From Alphaproteobacteria bacterium (lineage in GTDB: Bacteria > Pseudomonadota > Alphaproteobacteria > UBA828), in contig CBDCCI010000002.1 in assembly GCA_965214705.1 (NCBI GenBank), forward strand, positions 960,001 to 1,024,000: a DNA stretch of 64,000 bases, written 5' to 3'. Positions 10,573-24,179 of the stretch are shown here, in pieces. The notes below the pieces were generated by a model that was not told the origin of the DNA, made no database searches, and was given only the letters and a program-made list of their open reading frames with translations. Made by a program: the position numbers and the translations under genes. Positions within the stretch are counted from its first letter, which is position 1, and the number at the start of each line of letters is the position of its first letter.

Positions 10573-11496
10573 ATGAAGGCGGCCTATTTCGAGCAGCATG
10601 GCGGACCCGAGGTCATCCGCTACGGCGACCTGCCGGACCCGCAAGCCGGGCCGGGCGAGATCGTCGTCGACATCCACGCCGCCAGCGTCAACGGCGCGGA
10701 CTGCAAGGTGCTGTCAGGCCAATACAGCTCGATCACCGACTTTCCCTATGTACTCGGGCGCGATTTTTCGGGCGTAGTCGCATCGCTCGGAGGCGGCGTC
10801 GACGAGTGCGCGCCGGGCGCTCCGGTGTTCGGCGTCTGCGAGGTGGGACAGGAAGGAACCTACGCCGAGAAGATCGCGATGAAGGCGGCGTTGGTCGCGC
10901 CGAAGCCGGACAGTCTGTCCCACGTGGATGCCGCAGCGCTTGCGCTGATCGGCCTGACGGCGGTGGTCTCGATCGAGGACACGCTGGCCCTGCAACCGGG
11001 CGAAAAAATCCTGATCCAGGGCGGGGCCGGCGGGGTCGCCGGATTCGGCATCCAGCTTGCCAAGCACATCGGTGCCCATGTCATCGCCACGTGCAGCGCC
11101 CGTAACGTCCACTATGTGCGTGGCCTCGGCGCGGACGAGGTGATCGACTACAACGCGCGGGACTTTGCGGAAGCGGTCTCGGACTGCGATGCCGTGTTCG
11201 AGACCGTGGGCGGCGACGTGGCGCAGCGCTCCTTTGCCGTGTTGCGGCCTGGAGGCCGCGCGGCGTTCATCGCCTCGGGCCCGACCGCGCCGCAGCCCGC
11301 GCGTGGCGACGTGACCGCGCTCCGCCCGCGCGTCGGGCGCGACCGGACGCATCTGCTGCGCATCCTCGAGCTGGTCGAGATAGGCGCCGTCCGGATGCCC
11401 GAGATTCGTACCTTCCCGCTCGCAGATGCCGCTTCCGCGCTCGCCACCAGCGCGTCCCGCCACCTCAGGGGCAAGCTCGTCCTGAGCATTCGCTGA
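10573..11496 (+). CDS. NADP-dependent oxidoreductase (MDR/quinone oxidoreductase family)
   Basis: LGRDFSG, GGAGGV and GADEVIDY motifs; C-terminal GKLVL. Confidence 0.88.
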   Translation: MKAAYFEQHGGPEVIRYGDLPDPQAGPGEIVVDIHAASVNGADCKVLSGQYSSITDFPYVLGRDFSGVVASLGGGVDECAPGAPVFGVCEVGQEGTYAEKIAMKAALVAPKPDSLSHVDAAALALIGLTAVVSIEDTLALQPGEKILIQGGAGGVAGFGIQLAKHIGAHVIATCSARNVHYVRGLGADEVIDYNARDFAEAVSDCDAVFETVGGDVAQRSFAVLRPGGRAAFIASGPTAPQPARGDVTALRPRVGRDRTHLLRILELVEIGAVRMPEIRTFPLADAASALATSASRHLRGKLVLSIR

Positions 11497-11512
11497 TGCC
11501 CTGATCCGGACG

Positions 11513-12241
11513 TCACTCGCGATCGCGCCGCCAGGCCTCGAAGGCGGCAAGAGTCGCCTCGTTCGGCGGATAGGTGCCGGGCACGGGCGCGCCGTCCCGG
11601 ATGCGTTCCAGGATGAACTCCTCGATTTGTTCCTGCTCGCCGGCAGCGCGGGCCACCTCGTCGGCGACCCCGCGCGGAATGACGCACGCACCGTCCGGAT
11701 CGCCGACCAGCACATCGCCGGGGAACACCGCGACGCCGCCGCAGGCAATCGGATCCTGCACGGCGGCGGCGAAATGGGCGGCCAGGCTGGCGGGGGCGGC
11801 GCTGCCAGTGCAAAAGGTCGGGAACGCGATGGCTGCGACCGCCGCCGCGTCGCGCATCGGGCCGTCGGTCACGAACGCCGCGACCCCGCGTACCATGAGC
11901 CGGGTGATCAGGATGTCTCCGAGCATCCCCGCACGCTGCTCTCCCCGGCTGTCGCAAACCAGCACCCGGCCCGGCGGGCAGGCCTCGATGGCCTTGCGCT
12001 GGGGATATTCCGGATCGGCCAGTACCTCCGGCGTGCTGAGGTCCTCGCGCATGGGAATGGTGCGCAGCGTGTAGGCCTCCGCCGCAAAGCGGGCGTGCTG
12101 TGGATTGAGCGGGCGGGCACCCTGGATGAAGGTGTGGCGCAGGCCGCGCTTGAGCAGCTGCATGGTGACCGTAGCGACGCTCACGGCGCGCAATCGCTCG
12201 AGGGTGTCGTCGGCCAGCGGCTTGTCTGATGTCGGCGGCAT
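11513..12241 (-). CDS. RraA/HMG-aldolase family protein
   Basis: GMLGDIL, VTDGPMRD and GGVAVFPGDVLVGDPDG motifs; ATG at 12241. Confidence 0.85.
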   Translation of the reverse strand: MPPTSDKPLADDTLERLRAVSVATVTMQLLKRGLRHTFIQGARPLNPQHARFAAEAYTLRTIPMREDLSTPEVLADPEYPQRKAIEACPPGRVLVCDSRGEQRAGMLGDILITRLMVRGVAAFVTDGPMRDAAAVAAIAFPTFCTGSAAPASLAAHFAAAVQDPIACGGVAVFPGDVLVGDPDGACVIPRGVADEVARAAGEQEQIEEFILERIRDGAPVPGTYPPNEATLAAFEAWRRDRE

Positions 12242-12361
12242 TCGTTGGCCTTTCCTCCCTAAGCTTGCGACCGGGGATTTCCCTTGTTGAGCGCCCGATT
12301 GCAGTGGATGATGAGATCGTGCCCTCCAGCGTGCTGTCAACTCGGCTTGGAGAACACGGCG

Positions 12362-12790
12362 ATGCCCCTGGAAAATCTCAACCACGTGCTTGTGCTGACC
12401 GGGGATCTAGAGGCGACGCGGGACTTCTATGTCGATGTCCTGGGCCTTGAGGACGGCTACCGGCCGCCCTTCCCGTTCGACGGGCATTGGATCTACCTGG
12501 GCGACCGCGCGGTGGTCCATGTGGCCGAGAACAGGGACTATCTCGAAAAGCGCGATCGCGTGCAGGGCGGCTCGGCGGACAACGCCACCGGCTCGATCGA
12601 TCACATCGCCTTCGAGGCCACCGGGCTCAAGGCCATGATCGCGAGGCTGGAGAACCGCGGCATCGCTGCACACCATCGCAAGGTACCGGACCTCGACCTG
12701 CACCAGGTCTTCGTCCACGACCCGAACGGTGTTCGCATCGAATTGAACTACCCCGCAATTGAAGGAGCGGAGGTGGAGCTATCCAGCTAG
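12362..12790 (+). CDS. VOC/glyoxalase family protein
   Basis: LNHV...DLEATRDFYVDVLGL, IDHIAF and DPNGVRIELN motifs. Confidence 0.88.
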   Translation: MPLENLNHVLVLTGDLEATRDFYVDVLGLEDGYRPPFPFDGHWIYLGDRAVVHVAENRDYLEKRDRVQGGSADNATGSIDHIAFEATGLKAMIARLENRGIAAHHRKVPDLDLHQVFVHDPNGVRIELNYPAIEGAEVELSS

Positions 12791-12965
12791 GTCGGCCCGG
12801 TAATCATGGTCTCGAGACACGACCGGCTACAGCCGCTTCGGCCGTCCGGAGTGAGTGGATCGGACTTGTGACGAGTGTACAGGTGGAAGAACAGGGGAGG
12901 CGCTTATGAAAAGGAAACCAGCACTCTGTACCCTTCGCACATGGTGGAAAAAGGGAGATCGAACC

Positions 12966-13982
12966 ATGACACTACGACGTAAACTGCTTGCAGCGGCCTT
13001 TGTCGCGATTCTTGCGGTGCCGGGAGTCGCCAAGGCCGAAGACAATTACCATCTCACATATCATGCAGCCTTCGGCATAGCGGCGCTCAACGAGGCGTCC
13101 CGCGTGTGGATGGACGAAATCGAGGCCCGCACCGATGGAAGGGTGACATTCACCCGGCTCTTCGGTGGGGCGCTCGGCAAGTTTGCAGGACAGCCAGACG
13201 GTCTCAGGGCGCGTTCGTTCGACGTCGGGCAGCTCTCGGCCGTGTACAATCCCGGTCTCTACCCGCGCGCGACGACGACAGTCATAACGTTTCTGACCGA
13301 CAACGCAGAGGCGCACAATCTGGCGTCACACGAGTTCTTCAATACGCCGGAAGTCCAAGCAGAATTCGATGCGCTCAACCAGAAATTCATGTTCGTCGGT
13401 CAGTGGGCCAGGATCGAGATGCTGTCGTATGAACACTACAATACCATGGAGGAGCTCAGCCAAGCCAAGATTCGCGCTCACGGTGGCGCAGGCGATGCAC
13501 TTGAGGCAGCCGGCATCGCGGGCTACGCGATCCCTTGGGGTGAGCTTCCGGCAGCGGCGGAGAGAAGGGTTGTCGACGCCGCCATCATGGGCGCTCCGGC
13601 AGCAGCATACGACTTCGGATTCGGCGACATCTTCGAATACTGGTACGCGTATATGCCGTTCTACTACTTCCCCATGACGCTGGTCATGAACAAGGAGGCC
13701 TGGGAAGAGCTGCCGGCAGATATCCAGCAGATCATCGAAGAGCTCAACGAGGAAATGGTTCCCCGAGCCCAGGCGCTGACCGTATTGCGGGACGGGGAGG
13801 CCGAAGCAAAACTGACGGAAGAGCTCGGTGTAAAGAAGGTCAGGTTCGGCGAACGCGACAAACTGGAAGCAGCCGCAGCCGGCGCCAGGGAAAACTGGAA
13901 GGCGGAAATGGCTGAAAAGGGGATCGACGGCGAAGCTCTCCTCGAGAAATACTTCGAGCTGCTGAAGAAGCACGGCGGATAA
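12966..13982 (+). CDS. dctP: TRAP transporter substrate-binding protein (DctP-like)
   Basis: Signal peptide ending AKA; IEARTDGRV, KIR and MNKEAWEELPADIQ motifs; upstream of small and large TRAP permeases. Confidence 0.85.
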   Translation: MTLRRKLLAAAFVAILAVPGVAKAEDNYHLTYHAAFGIAALNEASRVWMDEIEARTDGRVTFTRLFGGALGKFAGQPDGLRARSFDVGQLSAVYNPGLYPRATTTVITFLTDNAEAHNLASHEFFNTPEVQAEFDALNQKFMFVGQWARIEMLSYEHYNTMEELSQAKIRAHGGAGDALEAAGIAGYAIPWGELPAAAERRVVDAAIMGAPAAAYDFGFGDIFEYWYAYMPFYYFPMTLVMNKEAWEELPADIQQIIEELNEEMVPRAQALTVLRDGEAEAKLTEELGVKKVRFGERDKLEAAAAGARENWKAEMAEKGIDGEALLEKYFELLKKHGG

Positions 13983-14195
13983 CCGAGAGAAGCGGACGTC
14001 GGCTTCACAGGCTGAGTAGCATGTCGTTCAATACGTGTGGGAGGCATTCGGCTCTGGGGCGAGACGAATCCCCGTCGAGTGCTTCCCATTTTTTCCGAGT
14101 AGAAACCGCAAGTTCGGGGCCGCGAATGGTCGACCGATCGAAGATCTTCGTGACTGGGCCACGTCTGCGGCCGCACGGATCGACAAGAAGAAGCT

Positions 14196-14738
14196 ATGGG
14201 TTCTAGCTTGAAAAGAGTGCTATTGAGTGTCCAGAGGCACATCGAGGACATACTAACTTATGTCTCGGCTGCGGCCGTTGCAGCCATGATGGTAATCACC
14301 GTCGCTGACGTGATAGTCCGATACCTCACGCCCACGAATGTGCCAGGATCGTACGAATACGTTAGTCTATTGTTCGTATTGGTTATTTACCTCGGCCTAG
14401 CGTATGCACAGCGCGAGAATTCTCATATCGCGATCGACGCGCTTTATAGCAGGTTACCAAGACGCTACCGGAAATTGCTTCAGCTGTTTCAGCTGGGTGT
14501 TTTTTTGGTCTTTGCCGCGGCATTGACCTGGTATACTGCGTCCGTAACCTGGGATAACTATGTCTTTGGGGATACGATTTTAGGGGCAATTTCAGTCGTA
14601 ACGTGGCCGTCACGACTGACGATTTCGATAGGCTTTCTGTTCCTGTCGTTTCGCTTCCTGATTCAGCTGTTGAATTTGATAATTCTAGACAAGCTCATCG
14701 AAGAAGAGGCGCCGACTACGCTCGTCGAAGAATCTTGA
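14196..14738 (+). CDS. dctQ: TRAP transporter small permease
   Basis: Four TM segments; DVIVRY and HIAID motifs. Confidence 0.85.
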   Translation: MGSSLKRVLLSVQRHIEDILTYVSAAAVAAMMVITVADVIVRYLTPTNVPGSYEYVSLLFVLVIYLGLAYAQRENSHIAIDALYSRLPRRYRKLLQLFQLGVFLVFAAALTWYTASVTWDNYVFGDTILGAISVVTWPSRLTISIGFLFLSFRFLIQLLNLIILDKLIEEEAPTTLVEES

Positions 14739-16039
14739 TCGATCCAATCACCCCAATTCTCATCATCGCAGGAGTCGCGGCTCTCCTGGCACTAAGGGTG
14801 CCGGTCGGATTTACGTTGCTCTTCATGGGTGCAATCGGTTTCGCATCCAGCCGCGGTCTCGATTCAACCCTGAACACGCTTGGCGGGCGCCTCTTCGATA
14901 TCGGTTCGGGCTACTCGTTGAGTGCCGTACCGCTGTTCCTGCTGATGGGCCACATGGCCATCGCGTCCAGGGTGACGGAAGACATGTTCGGCGCCGCGCG
15001 CGCATGGGTCGGGCATTTGAGAGGCAGTCTGGTGCTGGCAACAACCTTTGCCGCCACCGGATTTGCCGCATGCTCGGGCTCGACGACGTCCACGACCGCG
15101 GTCTTCGGTCGGGTCGCTCTACCGGAAATGCTCAAGAACAACGTCGATCGTCGGCTCGCCGCGGGATGCATCGCGACCGTGGGCACGCTCGCAGGCATGA
15201 TCCCTCCCAGCGTCGTTCTGATCGTCTTCGGCATCATCGCGCGGGAATCCATCCCGCGGCTCTTTATCGCCGGTATCGTCCCCGGACTTCTCACCGCCTT
15301 CTGTTTCTCCGTAATGATCTACGTACGCGTGCTCCGCAATCCCAAGCTAGCGCCTCCATTGCCGCCAGCCCCGAGGTCCGAAAAACTTCGCTCTCTCAAG
15401 GACGTCTGGGCTGCTCTGCTGCTGGCCGTCGTGGTGGTTGGCGGCATCTATGCAGGCATTTTCACGCCGACTGAAGCTGGCGCCATGGGAGCGGGAGGGG
15501 CATTCCTCATCGCGCTTTTCAGGGGGCGTTTGAGCTTCCAGGTCCTTCGGTCCGTTTTCACCGAAACGGCAAAAACGACCTCCGTGATCTTCATTATCCT
15601 GGTCGGCGCTCTGATCTTTACGTCCTACCTCGCCGTCAGTGGAACATCCTCGGCGATTACCGAAGGCATCGTCGGCATGGATGTGCACCCACGGGTGCTA
15701 TTGCTGTTGTATCTGCTTCTCATGCTCGTGCTGGGTCTCTTCATCGACCCGATCTCGGTCATGTTCCTGACGGTGCCGATCTTCCTGCCGCCCCTGGCAA
15801 GGCTCGGCATGGATCCGATCTGGATCGGCGTTCTCGTCACCAAGTCGCTCGAAATAGGCTTGATCACACCGCCCGTTGGGCTGAACGCATTCGTTCTAAA
15901 GAGCGTGTCTCCCGGCTTTAATTTCAAGGAAATTTACCATGGAATCTGGTGGTTCCTGCAGGTCGAACTCATCGTGCTGGGGATCATATTCGCGTTCCCG
16001 GAGCTGGCTCTGTGGCTTCCGAATCTGATGTATCGGTGA
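14735..16039 (+). CDS. dctM: TRAP transporter large permease
   Basis: AVPLFLLMG, MIPPS, FTPTEAG and GLITPPVG motifs; TTG start overlaps the dctQ stop. Confidence 0.9.
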   Translation: MIDPITPILIIAGVAALLALRVPVGFTLLFMGAIGFASSRGLDSTLNTLGGRLFDIGSGYSLSAVPLFLLMGHMAIASRVTEDMFGAARAWVGHLRGSLVLATTFAATGFAACSGSTTSTTAVFGRVALPEMLKNNVDRRLAAGCIATVGTLAGMIPPSVVLIVFGIIARESIPRLFIAGIVPGLLTAFCFSVMIYVRVLRNPKLAPPLPPAPRSEKLRSLKDVWAALLLAVVVVGGIYAGIFTPTEAGAMGAGGAFLIALFRGRLSFQVLRSVFTETAKTTSVIFIILVGALIFTSYLAVSGTSSAITEGIVGMDVHPRVLLLLYLLLMLVLGLFIDPISVMFLTVPIFLPPLARLGMDPIWIGVLVTKSLEIGLITPPVGLNAFVLKSVSPGFNFKEIYHGIWWFLQVELIVLGIIFAFPELALWLPNLMYR

Positions 16040-16089
16040 ACGGCGAGCCCAGCGAGCGCCGGGCGCCTCAGAGAGCAGATCAAGGGCTG

Positions 16090-16121
16090 GAGACGATAAG
16101 CGAGCGTTGTCGTATCGTCTC
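16090..16121. terminator. Hairpin between convergent dctM and OsmC-family genes, possible bidirectional terminator
   Basis: 9-bp perfect stem GAGACGATA / TATCGTCTC; no clear poly-U tail. Confidence 0.4.
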
Positions 16122-16131
16122 GGGCTGAAAG

Positions 16132-16593
16132 TCAGGGTCTCGTCACGTTCCAGGTCGCGTTAATCTTCGTGCCGGCCTGGGTGAGGATGACCGTCACCGG
16201 GCAACGCTTCTCCAGGTCTTCGCGGAGCCGCGCGATCTCGGCGTCCGAGGCCGACGTGGTGATGTTCATCGTGAGATCGATTCCCGGGAACGGGAGAGCT
16301 GTCGGCGTCGTGTTGCGGATCCCGTCGGTGTCGAAGGTAGCGTCGAGGGACATGGAAAGGTCGTCGATCTTGATTTCCATCTCGTCGGCGATCAGGTGCG
16401 AAATGACGTTGAGGCAGGCGAGGAAGGAGGAGAGCATCGTCTCCAGCGGTGTGGCGCCGCTGTCGGTCCCGCCGCGTATCTCCGGCTCGTCGATGATCAC
16501 GGTGTGCTGGCGTGTGCTGGCTTCGAGCCGGCAGCGGCTGGTGGCCTTGGCGTCGATGACGAAGTGATGGGTGGGCGGCAGGTCGAATGTCAC
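16132..16593 (-). CDS. OsmC/Ohr family protein
   Basis: IDEPEIRGGTDSGATPLE, LAC and RCPV motifs (two Cys). Confidence 0.85.
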   Translation of the reverse strand: MTFDLPPTHHFVIDAKATSRCRLEASTRQHTVIIDEPEIRGGTDSGATPLETMLSSFLACLNVISHLIADEMEIKIDDLSMSLDATFDTDGIRNTTPTALPFPGIDLTMNITTSASDAEIARLREDLEKRCPVTVILTQAGTKINATWNVTRP

Positions 16594-16702
16594 GGGGTCC
16601 TCCCATAAGTCACGGCATGGTTGCCGAGTTCCGGGCCATGTCACCACGACGCGCCCGGTTCGGACAAGGGGTGGCCTGGGCCGATCAGGTCGCGTACGTC
16701 GG

Positions 16703-17416
16703 CTAAGGCGCGCAGGCCTCGATCAGCGAGCGGAAGATACGGGCATCGCCGGGGTCGATCGCGTATTCCGGGTGCCACTGCACGCCGATGAACCAGCGGT
16801 GCGCCGGGTCCTCGATACCCTCGATCACGCCATCGGGCGCGAGCGCGTTGACGACGAAGCCGGGGGCCGCCTCGGCGACGGCCTGGTGATGTGCGCTGTT
16901 CACCTGCATGGCCTCGCTGCCGACGATGGTCCTGAGCACGCTGCCGGCCGCCAGCGAGATCGCGTGGCCCGCCTCGGTGCGGGGGTTGGGCTGCTCGTGG
17001 GCCAAGGCATCGGGCACCGCGTCCGGAATGTGCTGGATGAGGCTGCCGCCGAGCGCCACGTTCATCAGCTGCTGACCGCCGCAGATGCCGAGGGAGGGCA
17101 CCGCGCGCGCGTGCGCGGCACGGGTGATGGCAAGCTCGAAGGCGGTGCGCCGGTCCTTGGTGGTGACGGTCTCGTGGCGAGAGGTGGCGCCGAAGAGGGC
17201 GGGGTCCACGTCGAAGGCGCCGCCAGTGACGATCAGGCCGTCCACCGTCTCCAGATAGCGCTCCGTGAGCTCCGGCTCGTGCGGCAACGCAATCGGAATG
17301 CCGCCCGCCGCCGCGACCGCGGTGCAGTAGTTCTCGCGGATCGCGTACCAGGGCTCGCCCGAATAGCCGCCGGGCGGCTCGGAATCGAGGGTGAGGCCGA
17401 TGACGGGCTGCGCCAT
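16703..17416 (-). CDS. Gamma-glutamyl-gamma-aminobutyrate hydrolase family protein (peptidase C26)
   Basis: LGICGGQQ (Cys), VNSAHHQA and GVQWHPE motifs. Confidence 0.88.
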   Translation of the reverse strand: MAQPVIGLTLDSEPPGGYSGEPWYAIRENYCTAVAAAGGIPIALPHEPELTERYLETVDGLIVTGGAFDVDPALFGATSRHETVTTKDRRTAFELAITRAAHARAVPSLGICGGQQLMNVALGGSLIQHIPDAVPDALAHEQPNPRTEAGHAISLAAGSVLRTIVGSEAMQVNSAHHQAVAEAAPGFVVNALAPDGVIEGIEDPAHRWFIGVQWHPEYAIDPGDARIFRSLIEACAP

Positions 17417-17528
17417 CGGCGGACTGTATGAGTGCCGCGGGTCCGCCGCAACCGAGTGACACCGGCCTGCGCCAGTGCCGTCAACGCGACCCCTTGACCC
17501 GCCGAAGGACCGGCTGGACCCTGCGGCC

Positions 17529-17987
17529 ATGCCAAATAAACAGCCTTCCCCGATGGACTTCGCCATCGCCGAGGCCGAGGCGGCACGCGACCGGGGCGAG
17601 GTGCCGGTGGGCGCGGTGGTGGTCGACGGACGCACCGGGGCGGTGCTGGCGCGGGCCGGCAACGAGGTCGAAGCGGCGCACGACCCGACGGCGCATGCGG
17701 AGATGCTGGCCATCCGTGCCGCCGCAAAGGAGCGGGGCAGCGCGCGCCTCCCGGATTGCGACATCTACGTCACGCTGGAGCCCTGCGCGATGTGCGCGCA
17801 GGCGATCGCATTTGCCCGGTTGCGCCGGCTTTACTTCGGCGCCGCCGACCCCAAGGGCGGCGGGGTGGAGCATGGCGCCCGCATCTTTCAGCAGCCCACC
17901 TGCCACCATCGGCCCGAGGTCATCGGCGGCATACAGGAGAGCCGCGCCGCTGCCTTGATTCGCGAATTCTTCGAGGCCCGCCGGTAG
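17529..17987 (+). CDS. tadA: tRNA adenosine(34) deaminase-like nucleoside deaminase
   Basis: GEVPVGAV, HAE and TLEPCAMC zinc motifs. Confidence 0.85.
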   Translation: MPNKQPSPMDFAIAEAEAARDRGEVPVGAVVVDGRTGAVLARAGNEVEAAHDPTAHAEMLAIRAAAKERGSARLPDCDIYVTLEPCAMCAQAIAFARLRRLYFGAADPKGGGVEHGARIFQQPTCHHRPEVIGGIQESRAAALIREFFEARR

Positions 17988-18068
17988 AGAAAGCCCGTCA
18001 ATTGCCGCCGTTGCCGGGCGGGTGCCCAAACTCTATAAGGGCCAGCCTTACAGCACGGGGGAGAACCC

Positions 18069-18491
18069 ATGGCGACCCAGCGCACCCTTTCGATCATCAA
18101 GCCCGATGCCACCCGCCGCAACCTCACGGGTGCCATCAACAAGCGCTTCGAGGAGTCCGGGCTTTCCATCGTCGCCCAGCGCCGAGTCAGGCTGACGGAG
18201 GCTCAGGCGCGCGCCTTCTATGCGGTCCACGAGGAGCGGTCCTTCTACAACGATCTCTGCGCCTACATGACCTCGGGCCCCGTGGTGGTTCAGGTGCTGC
18301 AAGGTGAGAACGCGGTCGAGGCCAATCGGACGATCATGGGCGCGACCAACCCGGCCAACGCCGACGACGGCACCATCCGCAAGGACTTCGGCGAGTCGGT
18401 GGAGGCCAACTCCGTGCACGGCTCGGATTCGCCGGAGAACGCGGCCATCGAGATTGCATTCTTCTTCGCGGAGACCGATATCGTCGGCTAA
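18069..18491 (+). CDS. ndk: Nucleoside-diphosphate kinase
   Basis: [15 protein letters not shown] and NSVHGSDS motifs; 140 aa. Confidence 0.97.
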   Translation: MATQRTLSIIKPDATRRNLTGAINKRFEESGLSIVAQRRVRLTEAQARAFYAVHEERSFYNDLCAYMTSGPVVVQVLQGENAVEANRTIMGATNPANADDGTIRKDFGESVEANSVHGSDSPENAAIEIAFFFAETDIVG

Positions 18492-18570
18492 GGTGGCGGC
18501 ATCTGTGCGCGCGGGCCTGCGTGGTATAGTGCGGGCCGGCACGCGCGGCGGACGCGGGGTGTGATGAGCG

Positions 18571-18897
18571 ATGTCGGATCAACGGACAGGCGGTCGGCCC
18601 GGCGACGATTCATCGGTCATCACCAAGTCGCGCAGCGAGACCAAGAAGCCCTCGATGTACAAGGTCTTGCTGCTGAATGACGACTACACGCCAATGGAGT
18701 TCGTGGTCATCGTGCTGATGCGGTTCTTCGGGATGGACGAGCAGCGGGCGACGACAATCATGCTCCACGTGCACAGGCGGGGTGTCGGGGTCTGCGGCGT
18801 CTACTCCTACGAGGTCGCCGAGACCAAGGTGAAGCAGGTCTGCGAATTCGCGCGGCGTAACGAGCATCCGCTACAGTGCACGATGGAAAAGGAGTAG
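18571..18897 (+). CDS. clpS: ATP-dependent Clp protease adaptor
   Basis: [16 protein letters not shown] and HPLQCTME motifs. Confidence 0.97.
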   Translation: MSDQRTGGRPGDDSSVITKSRSETKKPSMYKVLLLNDDYTPMEFVVIVLMRFFGMDEQRATTIMLHVHRRGVGVCGVYSYEVAETKVKQVCEFARRNEHPLQCTMEKE

Positions 18898-18904
18898 CGA
18901 ACGC

Positions 18905-21247
<2,343 letters not shown>

Positions 21248-21265
21248 CCGACTGCACTCGGCGCG

Positions 21266-22390
21266 GTGCCCATCCCCTTCCTCACCGGGTTGAGGGTCCT
21301 CGACCTCAGCCAGTACATCCCTGGGCCGTACGGGAGCCTGATCCTCGCCGACCTCGGCGCGGAGGTGATCAAGGTCGAGCCGCCCGGCGGCGAGCCGATG
21401 CGGGGCGTCGGGCCCAAGGACGAGGCCGGCGTCTCGGTCTGGTACCGGATGGTGAACGGCGGCAAGACCGTGGTCGAGATCGACCTGAAGTCGGCGGACG
21501 GCAAGCGCGACTTCCGCGCCCTGGTGGAGCGCTCGGACGCCTTTCTCGAATCCTACCGGCCGGGCGTGCTCGACCGCCTCGGCTTCGGCCACGAGGCGCT
21601 GCACGGGATGAACCCCGGCATCGTCTCCTGCTCGCTCTCCGGCTGGGGGCTTGAGGGGCCCTATCGGCTGCGGGGCGGGCACGACATCAACTACATGGGG
21701 CTGATGGGCGGGCTTGAGCGCTCCGGCGTGCCCGAGCGGCCGATCGTCGCCTTCCCTCCCACCGCCGATTTCGCGAGCGGGATGCAGGCCGCGCTCAGCA
21801 TCATGGGCGGGCTGCTCGGCCGCAGTCGGAACGCGGAAGGACGCGGCGCGACCATCGACGTTAGCATCGCCGAGACCGTGCTGCCCTGGCAGGTGTGGGC
21901 GCTCAACGGGCTCTTCCACACGGAGTGGGACGCCGCGCGCGGCGCGCAGTTTCCGAACGGCGGTGCCGCCTTCTACAACATCTACGAGACCCTCGACGGC
22001 CGTTTCATCACCTTGGGCGCGCTCGAAGACAAGTTCTGGGCCAACTTCTGCACCGCCTGTGACCGGCCCGAGTGGATCGGGCGCCAGTGGGAACCCCGCC
22101 CGCAGGAATCGCTGATCGGCGAGGTCGCCGCTTTCGTCAAGGCGCGGACGCTCGATGAGATGAACGCGCTAATGGCGGGCGTCGACTGTTGCTACGAGCC
22201 GGTGCATCGGCTGGAGGACGTGCCGGAGCACCCGCAGATCAAGGCGCGGCAGATGCTGCGCCGGCACGACGACCCGACGCCGGCCTACGAGATTCTCTTC
22301 CCCGGCTGGATCGACGGCGAACCCCCGCCGCCGCGTGCGCCCGTGGATTACATGAGCGCGCCGGACGTGCTCGCCCGCTGGCGGGCCTGA
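21266..22390 (+). CDS. CaiB/BaiF (class III) CoA-transferase
   Basis: [24 protein letters not shown] and GHDINY motifs. Confidence 0.88.
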   Translation: MPIPFLTGLRVLDLSQYIPGPYGSLILADLGAEVIKVEPPGGEPMRGVGPKDEAGVSVWYRMVNGGKTVVEIDLKSADGKRDFRALVERSDAFLESYRPGVLDRLGFGHEALHGMNPGIVSCSLSGWGLEGPYRLRGGHDINYMGLMGGLERSGVPERPIVAFPPTADFASGMQAALSIMGGLLGRSRNAEGRGATIDVSIAETVLPWQVWALNGLFHTEWDAARGAQFPNGGAAFYNIYETLDGRFITLGALEDKFWANFCTACDRPEWIGRQWEPRPQESLIGEVAAFVKARTLDEMNALMAGVDCCYEPVHRLEDVPEHPQIKARQMLRRHDDPTPAYEILFPGWIDGEPPPPRAPVDYMSAPDVLARWRA

Positions 22391-22407
22391 ACGCGAGCGG
22401 TGCGGCC

Positions 22408-22695
22408 ATGAGCATCGACAAGGACACCGTGGTGCGGATCGCGCGCCTCTCGCGCATCGCGATGGAGGAGGACGCGCTGGAGCCCATGGCGGAGGAGCTG
22501 AACGGCATCCTCGCCTGGGTCGAGCAGTTGGGCGAGGTCGATACCGAGGGCGTCGAGCCGATGACCGGCGCCATCGCCGCCACGCTGCCGCAACGTGACG
22601 ACGACGCGGAAACGGGGACCGCCACCGACGATCTGCTGGCCAACGCGCCGGAGGCCGACGACGGCTTCTTCGTCGTACCCAAGGTGGTCGAGTGA
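22408..22695 (+). CDS. gatC: Asp/Glu-tRNA amidotransferase subunit C
   Basis: IARLSRI, LANAP and FFVVPKVVE motifs. Confidence 0.95.
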   Translation: MSIDKDTVVRIARLSRIAMEEDALEPMAEELNGILAWVEQLGEVDTEGVEPMTGAIAATLPQRDDDAETGTATDDLLANAPEADDGFFVVPKVVE

Positions 22696-24179
22696 GCGCG
22701 CTGACCCGGCTCACCATCGCCGATGCCCGCGCCGGGCTGACTGCGCGCGACTTCTCGGCGCGCGAGCTGGCGGACGCGCATATCGCGGCGGTCGAGGGCG
22801 CGCGCGACCTCAACGCCTTCGTCGCCGAGACCTTCGACACCGCGCGCGCCGATGCCGACGCCTCCGATAAGCGCCTCGCGGCGGGCGCGGGGCGGCTGCT
22901 GGAAGGCATCCCGCTCGCGGTCAAGGACCTCTTCTGTACGCGCGGGGTGCGCAGCCAGGCCTGCTCGAACATTCTCGACGGCTTCGCGCCGCCCTACGAA
23001 TCCACCGTCACCGCCAATCTCTGGGCCGCGGGCGCGCTCATGCTGGGCAAGACCAACATGGACGAGTTCGCCATGGGCTCGGCCAACGTGACCAGCGCCG
23101 ACGGCCCGGTGATCAACCCCTGGCGCCGGCGGGGCGACGACAAGCCGCTGGTGCCGGGCGGCAGCTCCGGCGGCTCGGCGGCGGCGGTGGCCGCAGGTCT
23201 CTGCCTCGGCGCCACCGGGACCGATACCGGCGGCTCGATCCGCCAGCCGGGGGCCTTCTGCGGCATCGTCGGCATGAAGCCGACGTATGGGCGCTGCTCC
23301 CGCTGGGGCATGATCGCCTTCGCCTCCTCGCTCGACCAGGCCGGGCCGCTCGCGCGGACGGTCGAGGACGCGGCCCTCATGCTGCAGGCGATGGCCGGCC
23401 ACGACCCCAAGGATTCCACCTCCATCGACCGCCCGGTGCCCGACTACGCGGCGAGCCTCACCGGCGACGTGCGCGACCTCACCATCGGCGTGCCGTCGGA
23501 GTACCGGATGGAGGGCATGCCGGCGGAGATCGAGGCGCTCTGGGCGGAAGGCGTGCGCTGGTTCCGCGATGCGGGCGCGAAGGTGGTCGACATCTCGTTG
23601 CCGCTCACCAGGTATGCGCTGCCCACGTACTACATCGTGGCGCCGGCGGAGGCGTCGTCCAACCTCGCGCGCTACGACGGGGTGCGCTACGGGCTCCGCG
23701 TCGAGGGCGACGACCCGACCGAGATGTACGCGAAGACGCGCGCGGCGGGCTTCGGGCGCGAGGTCCGGCGGCGCATCCTGATCGGCACCTACGTGCTGTC
23801 TGCCGGCTACTACGACGCCTACTACCTGAAGGCGCAGAAGGTGCGGACCCTGATCGCGCGCGATTTCGAGAGCGCGTTCGAGACCGTGGACGCGGTGCTG
23901 ACGCCGACCGCGCCCTTCGCCGCCTTCGCCATCGGCGAGAAGATGGACGATCCCATCGCCATGTACCTGAACGACGTTTTCACGGTGCCGGCGAGTCTCG
24001 CGGGGCTGCCCGCGATCTCGGTGCCGGCCGGGCTCACGGGCGACGGGCTGCCGCTCGGCCTCCACCTGATCGCGCGGCCCTTCGATGAGCCGACGCTGTT
24101 CCGCGCCGCAGGCGTGCTGGAGAGCGCGGCCGGTTTCAGCCACCGCCCCGACCGGAGCGGGGCCGGAGGTGCGGCGTGA
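22692..24179 (+). CDS. gatA: Asp/Glu-tRNA amidotransferase subunit A
   Basis: [30 protein letters not shown] and SSNLARYDG motifs. Confidence 0.97.
   Translation: MSALTRLTIADARAGLTARDFSARELADAHIAAVEGARDLNAFVAETFDTARADADASDKRLAAGAGRLLEGIPLAVKDLFCTRGVRSQACSNILDGFAPPYESTVTANLWAAGALMLGKTNMDEFAMGSANVTSADGPVINPWRRRGDDKPLVPGGSSGGSAAAVAAGLCLGATGTDTGGSIRQPGAFCGIVGMKPTYGRCSRWGMIAFASSLDQAGPLARTVEDAALMLQAMAGHDPKDSTSIDRPVPDYAASLTGDVRDLTIGVPSEYRMEGMPAEIEALWAEGVRWFRDAGAKVVDISLPLTRYALPTYYIVAPAEASSNLARYDGVRYGLRVEGDDPTEMYAKTRAAGFGREVRRRILIGTYVLSAGYYDAYYLKAQKVRTLIARDFESAFETVDAVLTPTAPFAAFAIGEKMDDPIAMYLNDVFTVPASLAGLPAISVPAGLTGDGLPLGLHLIARPFDEPTLFRAAGVLESAAGFSHRPDRSGAGGAA

Noticed and set aside
12787-12809. CTAG...CCCGGTAATCATGG resembling the IS1380 left end at the edge of the TRAP block
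   Set aside because: Gapped partial match, CTAG is not adjacent, and there is no partner end or transposase remnant.
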